Part shown: piece by piece, positions 52,526-64,000 of the stretch
How positions within the stretch are numbered: position 1 is the first letter of the stretch
Layout of the letters: each line of letters starts with the position of its first letter
Source: Octopus vulgaris
Lineage: Eukaryota
Direction: 5' to 3'
Length of the DNA: 64,000 nt
Assembly: GCA_951406725.2 (NCBI GenBank)
Contig: CATOCA020000001.1
Location: forward strand, 7,564,001-7,628,000
Notes under the pieces: model-generated
The model's input: the letters and a program-made list of their open reading frames with translations, nothing else
Database searches by the model: none
Told to the model about the DNA's origin: nothing
Made by a program: the position numbers and the translations under genes

Positions 52526-53273
52526 CCCTGAGAGAAATGTTGGACTTAAGGAGCATCAGTTGTGGTGTGCAAGAGAGACGTTTGCTCTGGTATGGTCATG
52601 CGGCGAGAATGGATGAAGATAGGTGTGTGAAAAAGTGCCAATCCCTAGCAGTGGAGGGAACCCGTGGAAGAGGTAGACCCAGGAAAACCTAGGACGAGGT
52701 GGTGAAGCACGACCTTCGAACTTTAGGTCTCACCGAGGAAATGACCTGCGACCGAGAACTTTGGAAATATGCTGTGCGTGAAAAGACCAGGCAGGACAAG
52801 TGAGTCCAGCCCATTTATGCCTGCCTTTCCTCCCTTGGACACACAAAGACCTGTTGAGGCAAGCGAACTCGATATCGAACCTCATCCGACGACAGGCACC
52901 TATGCCTACCCCTTTTGCTTGCGAAGACCTGTTGGGGCAAGTGAAATCGAAATCGAAATCGGAATCGAAATTGAACCAATCCTATGACTGGCACCTGGCA
53001 GATTCCAGGACCCCTGGACTGGAGATACGTAAAAAGCACCATCCGAATCGTGGCCGATGCCAGCCTCGCCTGGCTCCAGTGCAGGTGGCACGTAAAAAGC
53101 ACCCACTACACTCACGGAGTGGTTGGCGTTAGGAAGGGCATCCAGCTGTAGAAACATTGCCAGATAAGACCGGAGCCTGGGGCAGCCTTCTGGCTTCCCA
53201 GATCCCCGGTCGAACCGTCCAACCCATGCTAGCATGGAAAACGGACGTTAAACGATGATGATAATGATGATGA
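52526..53273 (+). mobile_element. Duplicate of the RTE insertion at 42321
   Basis: Same truncation point, same in-frame TAG and same flanks. Confidence 0.9.
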
Positions 53274-54922
53274 TATATATATATATATATATGCATATAT
53301 GTGTGTATATATATATATATACACATATATACTTTGGTGTGTGTATATGAATTTATATATGTGTTTATGTATCTATAGATATATATGTATATATCCGTAT
53401 GTTAAAGTTCGGCTGTGTTGAAATTTTTTCGGGCCCCGCCCCCAAGACACAATTATATTTGTTAAAAGCCACACTTAAATCCAAGTCGGATAAGTCGAAC
53501 ATTCGGGAAACTCGAAATACATTGGGTTTGTATCAATTAATAATACTATAAAGTTGGTCCTATTGTCTCCAAGTGGAAAGAGAAATTTAATCGAATGAAC
53601 ATCAGGTTTTTCGCTATTATAATACAGTAATACTCTGTTATATACAAACTATACACTTTATAATTACGTAATTTGGAGAATAACAAACGGAAGCTAGAAC
53701 ATATGCTTGTTTCGCATTTACACTTCCTGAGTATTTGAAAACAGAAGAGGATTACAATGTTGTCAAATGTAGTCAAATGTTTTGACTGTAAATGTTTTCA
53801 ACACAACTCTTCATAGCGTAACATGAAATTATAACACTTGTTATTTTGAATCCATTCCTATAATCTATAATCTGCCTGGAAGATACTGTCTGTCTGTCTG
53901 TCCCTGTCTCTCACTCTCACACACTCTCTCACTCTCACACTCTCTCTCTCACTCTCTTTCTCTCTCTCACTTTCACTCTCTCTTTCACTCTCTCACTCTC
54001 TCTCTCGCTCACAAACACGCCTTTTGTATCCGATTCATTGTACTTGTTGGCTTGTTGCAATGCACAAGTACACACACACAGACAGACAGACAGACAGACA
54101 CACACACACACAAACACACCCACACACAAAAAGATATCAATTGTTGCAGAGAAATATCTAGGAAAATATATATAAAATATTTCACTAATTAATTAATCCC
54201 AGCTAATGTATGTATGTACGCATGTTTTAAGCATGTAAGTATGAATGTATGTATGTAAGTATTAATGTATGTATGTATATATGTATGTATACATGTATGC
54301 ATTTATGTATGTATGTATGTATGTATATATGCATGCATGCACGCAAGCATGGTTGCATGCATGTATGTATGTATGTATGTCTTTATGTATGTATGTATGT
54401 ATGTATTTATGTATGCATATCATTTTCCGACTCCATCTGAAGTCCTTAGTTACGCTGCAATACTGAATACATTACAGATTTCATCAACAAAAGCAAAATG
54501 TCAATGTATTGAACAAAATAGTGACAACCGAAAAATCAATCTTAAAAATATTGACTAAGAAATATTGTAGTAGGAGAAAAAGGCAGAAATAAGAGCCATG
54601 ATAAAGTAGATAAATAATGTCCAGGAAAACGATTTGATTGGCTGAAAAACTTTCATTGTGTTTGCAAAATACATAATTAAGTATAGGAAGATTGGTTATT
54701 CATTTCTAGAGAAAACTGCCGAATACAAACATTTAAACAGTGAAGTTGAACTGTTAAGGTAATGTTAAATGATTTTTCTCTTAAAATGGACACTTATGTT
54801 ATAATCTCAATGGATCTATCTCTTGATAACATTGTTATATAATGAAATGATATATATATATATGTGTATATATATATATGTATGTATGTGTGTGTTGTTT
54901 ATATATATGTATATATATATAG

Positions 54923-54958
<36 letters not shown>

Positions 54959-55098
54959 GTATGTATATATATGCATGTATTTATATACACTTATATATAA
55001 ATATATATATAAACACACACACATGTATACATATATATATATACATATGTATATATACATATAAATATGCGTAACATGTGTGTGTCTATATACATACA

Positions 55099-55198
55099 NN
55101 NNNNNNNNNNNNNNNNNNNNNNNNNNNNNNNNNNNNNNNNNNNNNNNNNNNNNNNNNNNNNNNNNNNNNNNNNNNNNNNNNNNNNNNNNNNNNNNNNN
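55099..55198. other. Assembly gap (100 N)
   Basis: Run of N. Confidence 1.
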
Positions 55199-55204
55199 TT
55201 CACC

Positions 55205-55361
55205 TTTATTCACCTTTATGTTCTGAGTTCAAATTCCACCAAGGTAGACTTTGACTTTCATCCTTTCAGGGTCAATAAATTAACTATCAGTGAAACACTG
55301 GGGTCATTGTAATTGACTAATCATCCTTCCCCAAATTTCAGGCCTTCTGCCTTTAGTAGAA

Positions 55362-55365
<4 letters not shown>
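55205..55365 (+). mobile_element. SINE C variant with an alternative tail running into (ATT)n
   Basis: gttctgagttcaaattcc...ctttcatcctttc...ccccaaatttcaggccttctgcctttagtagaag-ttatt. Confidence 0.8.
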
Positions 55366-56560
<1,195 letters not shown>

Positions 56561-58960
56561 GGCAGCGGTGTACTGGAACTGGCAGCAAAACGGGAGCATT
56601 CCCGGTTTTGTGAGCCGAGGATCAGTAACACTGCTGAAGAAAGATCTAAACAAGGGAAATGTAATAGATAACTTTAGGCCCATCACTCTGCTTAATGCAG
56701 ACTTGAAGATTTTGGCCAAGGTGTTAGCCAAGAGGTTGGCGCTTGTCATCGAAAAACTGGTTGACAAGGCGCAAACGTGCACCGTGCCGGACCGGATCAT
56801 CCATGACAACCTCCACCTGATGCGTTACATCATAGACAGGGTAGTTAACGAACCTGGCATGGCTGGGGCGCTGATCAATCGAAAGCTTTCGATAGGGTAG
56901 ACCATCGATACTTGGAGGCAGTCCTCAGAGCGGCTGGCTTCGGTCCCGTCTTCCGCGGCTGGATAGCCACTTTGTACAGAGGCATCCGTTCGGGAGTTCG
57001 CGTAAATGGACATCTATCGAGACCTTTCGACATCACACGTTCAGTTCGTCAGGGATGCCCCCTCTCGTCGCTTCTATACGTATTGACTCTCGAGCCACTA
57101 TTGCGGAAGCTGGCAACTCTGAGGGGCATCCCGTGAGAACTGGGATGCGGGACGAGCGTGTCTGCATACGCGGACGACGTCACCGTCATAGTGTCTAGCC
57201 ACGAGCACATCGAGCAGGTCGGCGAGACACTGAAAAACTACGAAGCAGTGACAGGAGCAAAAATCAACCGGGAAAAGTCAGTGGGCTTGCGACTAGGCAC
57301 CTGGAGAAGCAAACCCATGCCGTCCACCAGCGCCTCTGTTGTGGGACGCTGGACCGACGGTCCGGTCGAGTTGCTCGGGGTCTGGTTCAGTCCGGACCTC
57401 CAAATGGAGAAGAACTGGAACGAGATAATGAGTAGGGTGGTCACTCTCGCCCAGCAATGGGCCGAGAGGAAACTGTCCCTAAAAGGTCGGGCGGAGGTGG
57501 CGAACACGTACATCGCGTCCATCATCTACTACCGCCTGACCGTCGTGCCTTGTTCCGACCCTACCGTCACCAAACTAGAACGTATTCTCTTTCGTTTCTT
57601 GTGGAAAGGATGCGTCCCGATGGTCAGACGATTCATTTGCTGCCAACTCCGGTTAAAAGGAGGGCTGGGCATGCCGTGGTTGATGATGCGCAGACATGCG
57701 CTGAGACTGCGACATCTCAGGCTCTTCGTAGACGACGGTGAACAGGTGTGGTCACCGTTTGTGAGGCACGCGTTCCCGCAGCTCGTCTCCATGACCGAAA
57801 TGCAATCGTAGATCAAAAAGAGGCCGAGGAAGGGCGAATGGCATCGCGAGTGTCGCGTTGCTCTCAAGCAACTCTGCCGTCTTGGGTCAACCTTGAGTGA
57901 CTCCATCACAACCAAAGCATTCTATAGGGGATTAGTGGAGGGGAGGTACGACGATGAGCTCGGGGCGAACCTGGACGTCGACGAGGAATACCTGACCCGC
58001 CTGTTCGGGACTACTTTCGGGTCAGGGCCTATGGACAACTTCCAGAGATCCCTGGCCTGGCAGTGCTACCGAGAAGCGCTACCCGTTCGGGATAAGCTCT
58101 ACAGACACGGCTCGAGAAACACGGGGCCGACCTGCCCGAGATGCGGTCAGAGCGACGAAACCGTTCTGCACGCACTCGTGCAGTGTCCAACAATTTCCGA
58201 CCTGTGGGCTTATGTCGAACAACTGCTGTTACGTGTGGGACGAGTTGGTTTATCAGCTGAGTCTATTGTCAATATTGTCACGCCTCCTTCCTTCAAACGG
58301 GAAGGAAGAGCTATTTTCATCATCCTTGTGGCTATGGCGAAAGAATGTATCTGGTGGACGCGTCTGAAAGGATTGGAGAGAAACACTTTCCTCTCTGGTC
58401 AATCTCTCATCAACTTCTTCAAGTATCACTTGAAGAGGAAAGTGAGAGTAGAGAGGCAAGTTTTGTCTAGCGAATGTTCTAAAAAAAGATGGGTGAATGT
58501 AGAAAGGATGGCACGTATGAATGACGAAGCCACCTTGAGCATAATCCTATGAACCCAGAAATTGAAAACAGAGGATTACCCACTTGCAAACAAATGTGGT
58601 AACATATAACAATATTGACCGAGGTTACCGTTGTCTTTTTCCTAGGCTTTTCTTCCCACGGATAAACCTTATCTGCCTCCCCCTTTACACCGTACATCAT
58701 GACACTGTGATACACGATCCCTATTGATCGTTTATGTTCCTCTTCCTCTTTTTCTTCTTTTTTCTTTTTTCTTTTCTTTTGTTTCTTTTCCTTTTTTTTC
58801 TTTTTTTCTTTTCTCCCTTTTACGATCCCATTTGATCGAAAACCTACGCCACTTTTTTTTCATCCCCCAAAAGAAAAGCTCTGCCTTGTAATTTGTCCCA
58901 TCTGTGTGCAGCCCTGTGTGGCTAATAAAGAAACTTATCTATCTATCTATCTATCTATCT
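56561..58960 (+). mobile_element. 5'-truncated Tx1/L1-clade retrotransposon (ORF2 pseudogene 56561-58552, 3' UTR, (TCTA)n end)
   Basis: NFRPITLLNADLKILAKVLAKRL, KAFDRVDH, VRQGCPLS, YADD, GGLG, and a CPRC...ETVLHALVQC zinc knuckle. Frameshift at ~56878, stops at 57134 and 57809, AATAAA at 58924. Confidence 0.95.
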
Positions 58961-59072
58961 ACATATCTATTGATGTCGATCTCTCTCCGTCTCAGTCACT
59001 CTCTCTCCCTCTCCCCCCCTCTCTCTCTCTCTTTTCTCCCTTATTATATATATGTCGCTATATAACTCCGGC

Positions 59073-59304
59073 TTAATTGTTTATTGCTCACAAGGGGCTA
59101 AACATAGAGGGGACAAACAAGGACAGACAAACGGATTAAGTCGATTTCATCGACCCCAGTGCGTAACTAGTACTTAATTTATCGACCCCGAAAGGATGAA
59201 AGGCAAAGTCGACCTCGCTGGAATTTGAACTCACAACATAAAGGCGGACGAAATGCCACAAAACATTTGGTCCGGCGTGCTAACGTTTCTGCCAGCTCGC
59301 CGCC
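59073..59304 (-). mobile_element. SINE C full copy
   Basis: Colinear with 11575-11811. Confidence 0.9.
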
Positions 59305-59619
59305 TTCTTATTGATTCTCTTACCTCACACACTGTTTTCCTCACATCCGCTTTCTCCTCTCTCTCTCTCTCTCTTTCCTACCCTCTCTCCCTCTCTCTCA
59401 CCATCTCGTTACACATTCATTTCAATCTCTCCACCTCCCTTGCTACATCACTTACCTTATCCTCTCCCTCACTTGCCGCAACTCTGTCTCATACTCACCC
59501 CCTCTCTTTCTCTGTTACCCCCATGCATTAACCTATCACACCCCGCCCTCTCCCTTTTCCCACTCCCCCCACCGCATTATACATTACCCTTTCCCTCTTC
59601 CTTTAATTTTATTTCTCAG

Positions 59620-61191
59620 ACGCTTCTGTCCTTCTAATAAATTATATTTTCAGATTTGCCTTAAAATTGTTTTCTTGTTTACGTTGATTACTAACTAATT
59701 AATTATTTAATTAATTTAATGAAAATAGTTCAGTCATTGAAGGACAATTTAAGAAACCTTTATTAAAAGAATTGTCTTATAGAGGACTTCACATCATGCT
59801 AGAAATAACTGTCAAGTGCACAGAAATTTGTGTTCTTTTTCATAGAGAACTGAAAGGTCTTAAAGAATCATAAATCTGCCCCCGTCAAAGTGGTCAGTAT
59901 TGATGCTGAAAACACAAACCAAGGGACTTCAAATTCCCTTTGTTTATCCTTTTTTATGTATGTAAGTGAAGGATAACTTCAGAAAACTTTATGAAGCAAT
60001 CTGACCCCTATATTGTCTCGCATCATTCAAGAAAGACCAACGATGCTTCGTATTGTTCTACAGGTGGTCCGGTATCTTGCTAGAAATAATAGCTCATTGT
60101 ATTATTTTCATGCACGACTGAAGGATACTTTAAAAAGCATCTGGAGAAATATTGTCCATCTGGTGGTCTTACGTGATGCTAGAAATAACAGCCACGTACG
60201 CTAAAATTTTGTATTGTTTTCCTATAAGAAATAAGGACACTTAAAAAACCCTCCACACACACACACATATCCTTCGCTGTGCTTCTCCAATTCTTTCACT
60301 CCCTCTCTCAACCGATACACTCCCTCTCCCATCGTTGTCTCAGAGGAGACCCCCTCACTCTCTCTCTCTCTCTCTCCCTCTCTACCACCTCATATATCAT
60401 ACTATCCCTCTACTTCTTTTGCTTTCTCGCCCACGTCAATCCCTCCCCCCTCAATTTCCAAACCTCTCTCTCTCCCCCCACCTCATTATATAATGCTCTA
60501 TGACTACGCCTTCTTTGCTTTTATCTCTTACCTCATACTTTCCCTCTTTTGCTAAGCTTATATATCTCTCTTTACTCCCTTTCTATCTCTCTCTCTATCA
60601 ATCTCTCTCTCTCTATCACTCTCTCCCTCTCTATCAGTCTCTCTCTCTCTCTCTCTCTGTCGCTTTGTCTGTCTCATTATTTGCCTCTCTCCTTCTCACT
60701 CTCTTTTCTTACTCTCTCTCTCTCTCTCTATCTTCCAACCCCTGTCACTGTCACTCCCCCTCTCTCTCTCTTACCTCATTATATATTAACTCTCCGCCTA
60801 TTTTCTCCTTGTCTCTCAACTCCTACTCTCCCTCTCTATCAATTATGTTTTGTTCTAATCCTCTCTCTCTCTCTCCTTCTTACTCTCCATCTTTCTCCCT
60901 CTCTTTCCGTCTCTCGCTTTTTCTCCCACTCACTCTCCCTCCTCCTCTCTTCAAAGAACGAAAGAATCACTTCGACTTTCTTTCTTTCCTTCCTTTCCTT
61001 TCCTTTCTTTTCTTTCTTTCTTTCCTCTCCTTTCCTTCTTTCTTTCTTCCTTTCTTTCTTTCCTGCTTTCTTTCTTTCTTTCTTTCCTTCCTCTCTTTCC
61101 TTCTTTCTTTCTTTCTTTCTTCCTTCTTTCTTTCTATCTTTCTTTCCTTCTTTCTTTCTTTCTTTCTTTCCTTTCCTTTCCTTCTTTCTTT

Positions 61192-61231
<40 letters not shown>

Positions 61232-61276
61232 TCCTGCTTTCTTTCTTTCTTTCTTTCTTTCTTTCCTTTCCTTTCT

Positions 61277-61354
<78 letters not shown>

Positions 61355-61793
61355 TCCTTCTTGTTTCTTTATCTTTTTGAGCCTTTGTTTCTTTTTTCTT
61401 CCTTTTACATATTTCTTTCTTTCCTTTTTCTTTTTATCCTTCTTTCTTTCTCACCTTTTTCCTTTCCTTCTTTTCTCTTTCTTTCTTTCTCTCTTTCTTT
61501 CTTTCTATTTGTCTCTAGCCTTGTTTCCTTCTTTCATTCATTCTTTCTCTCTTACTATCTTCTATTCTCTCTCTCTCTTTCTCTCTCTCTCTTTATCTCT
61601 CTCTCTTTCTTTCTCTCTTTCTTTCTTTCTATTTGTCTCTTGCCTTGTTTCCTTCTTTCATTCATTCTTTGTCTCTTACTATCTTCTATTCTCTCTCTCT
61701 TTCTCTCTCTCTCTTTCTCTCTTTCTTTCTTTCTATTTGTCTCTTGCCTTGTTTCCTTCTTTCATTCATTCTTTGTCTCTTACTATCTTCTAT

Positions 61794-61838
<45 letters not shown>

Positions 61839-62760
61839 ATTTGTCTCTAGCCTTGTTTCCTTCTTTCATTCATTCTTTCTCTCTTACTATCTTCTATTCT
61901 CTCTCTCTTTCTCTCTTTCTCTCTTTCTCTCTCTCTAGCCTTTTTCTTTCTTTCATTCATTCTTTCTCTTACTTCTCTCTATTCTCTCTTCTCTTTCTTT
62001 CTTTCTTTCTTTCTTTCATTCATTCTCTCTACTTTCTTCTATTCTCTTTCTCTCCTCTCTTTCTCTCTCTCTTTCTTTCTCTCTTTCTTTTTCTTTCTTT
62101 CTTTCTATTTGTCTCTAGCCTTGTTTCCTTCTTTCCTTCATTCATTCTCTCTTACTATCTTCTATTCTCTCTCTCTCTTCTCTCTCTCTTTCTTTCTTTC
62201 TTCTTTCTTTCTTTCTTTCTATTTGTCTCTAGCCTTGTTTCCTTCTTTCATTCATTCATTCTCTCTTACTATCTTCTATTCTCTCTCTCTCTCCTTCCCT
62301 CTTTCTCTCTCTCATTCTCATCTCGTTCTTTATTACAGAATCACTTCACGTTTTTTTGTTTCTTTCCATCTTTCTTCCTCACTTTCTTGTTCTGTTTCTT
62401 TTTCTTCCTTCGTTTCATTATTCCTTCCTTCCATCTTTTCTTTCTTTCTTTTTCCCTCCCATCCTTCCCTTCTTTCTTCTTTTCTCTCTTGATTTCCTTC
62501 TTTCTCGTTGTCTCTTCCTCCCTCTCTCCTTTCACTTTCTCTTTGTCATCTCTGTAACCCCATCTCTCAATCCTCCCTCTCTCTCTCTCTCTCTCTCTCC
62601 TTCAAACCCATCTCTTTGTCTCCCTCTTCTTCTCTCTCTTTAACTCTGACCCTTCCTGTATCTGACTGTCTGTCTGTCTACCTGTGTGTCTCTCTCCTTT
62701 TCTCTGCTTCTCTCTCTCTCTCTCTCACCTCATTATTTATTACTCTACCATTCTGCCTCT
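59620..62760 (-). repeat. Second, inverted copy of the composite polypurine element
   Basis: tgctagaaataa(c/t) motifs at ~59798, 60078 and 60177; (CTTT)n tract with ~110-bp units at 61490-62290; anchors complementary to 22560-26160. Confidence 0.65.
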
Positions 62761-63254
62761 CTTCCCATTTATAAGTCTGAAACCTATTTAGGGGTAATTT
62801 GGGGTCACTAAGTTTTAAAATTGCAATATTTTTCTTTTCTATCACATCACGTGATATTTCCCTATAGACTGGTCCATATTAACCCACCCATAGCTCCATC
62901 TTTCAGAAATTTCTCGATGTGTTTTTGGTAGAGTAGCTTAGCAGTAAGAATCTCAGAGTCAGTTGAGCATTCAGTGAGTGAGGTTGTGACGCTCTGTTGG
63001 CCTCGTATACATACATGTATAGAAGTGTGTTTCCTAATATCTCTGTGCTTCAACGCTCGGTCGTCTCAATCTGCTTTGTTAATCTCTTCTTACTATCAAC
63101 AAATGTACAAAAGACATCATCGTTAAACATTTCTGTTGAATATTTATTTTATCAAGTATTTCGACATCTATTTAGACAAACCTAGATACATAAATATGCT
63201 CTTTGTTCTTTTCTCTCTTTTCACATTTATCTCCTGAAATAATGCAGAGGTTCA

Positions 63255-64000
63255 GTCGCATGGTGTCATTGCGAAGGAAATGATTGAAATTCCCTGACAC
63301 CTGTGGGTGTTTTACAGTATCAAGTCCAAGAATGAACATTGCTCAATTGACTTACCTGAAGATTAAAGTTGGCAATCGGTATAAATCATGGGTCCCGCTC
63401 AATATATGTAAACCCGGTGCCGAAAAATCTATGCCAATCGACAAAGGACTCAAACAAACAACTAACTTTTGGCATTCCTATGGCATGGTAAGAACCGAAG
63501 AACCATATTAAAGATTGCTACTTTTGTCTCACAAATTCTTCTGGTTATAGCAAGAGATTGCGACAGAACAAATCTGGATTCATCAAATCGTCCAATGTTT
63601 CACCCAGAACCCAGTTTCAAGGATCTACCGTCATTGCAAGATAAAACTGGTATATGTGAAGTAGATGTAAAACATGAAGATGACAGTGATACAGACTTTG
63701 TAGTAACATCGACCAAAGAACGTGAAAACCAGGCAGAACTCAAGTATTTCGTTAGAGACCTAGGACTGTCACAAGAGTTATCGGAACTTATCTTCTAGGC
63801 TTAAAGAGAAGAATGTGTTGCAGAAACGTGACTTTTTATCAGAACAAAGAAAAAGTCCTCTTAGCATTCATTACAACTGAAAATTATTTTGTTTACTGTT
63901 GTGACGTGGCGGGGCTGTTAAATGCGATGGGTGGTGGATACTATGACCGTAGTGAGTTTATAGATAGCTGAAAGAAGTGTCTAAAATGTTTGTTAGTCCA
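63255..64000 (+). pseudogene. Decayed DNA transposase, Chapaev3/CMC-like; continues past the window end
   Basis: KVGNRYKSWVP..IC, FGIPMAW*EPKNHIKDCYFC, NQAEL..VRDLGLSQELSEL, SRLKEKNVL, YCCDV.GLL, FIDS*K..LKC. The family is assigned from recalled motifs. Confidence 0.65.

Overview
Eukaryotic, AT-rich, repeat-dominated DNA with no intact host gene and two 100-N assembly gaps. The repeat families look like those of a coleoid cephalopod (Octopus-like); this is recognition from memory, not a search result. Nearly all long ORFs in the track are microsatellite artefacts. The window holds three tRNA-derived SINE families (labelled A, B, C here), truncated LINEs (two CR1/L2-group families, RTE, Tx1/L1, a possible Dong/R4 tail), a Penelope-like RT fragment, four hammerhead-ribozyme-like motifs (one in each arm of a 211-bp near-perfect palindrome), three non-autonomous Helitrons, a PIF1 helicase pseudogene, a mariner MITE, a Chapaev3-like transposase remnant, an interstitial (CCCTAA)n tract and a ~19-kb nested tandem duplication. 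The most interesting signals are: LINE-SINE 3'-tail sharing visible within the window (including a Tx1-type tail and a stem-loop with compensatory changes); the hammerhead palindrome; a multi-kb dispersed element built around polypurine tracts whose inverted copies bracket the PIF1 remnant; and recurring internal tandem reiteration of retroelement segments. Coordinates were read by eye and are approximate for old elements. No novelty claim can be confirmed without database searches.
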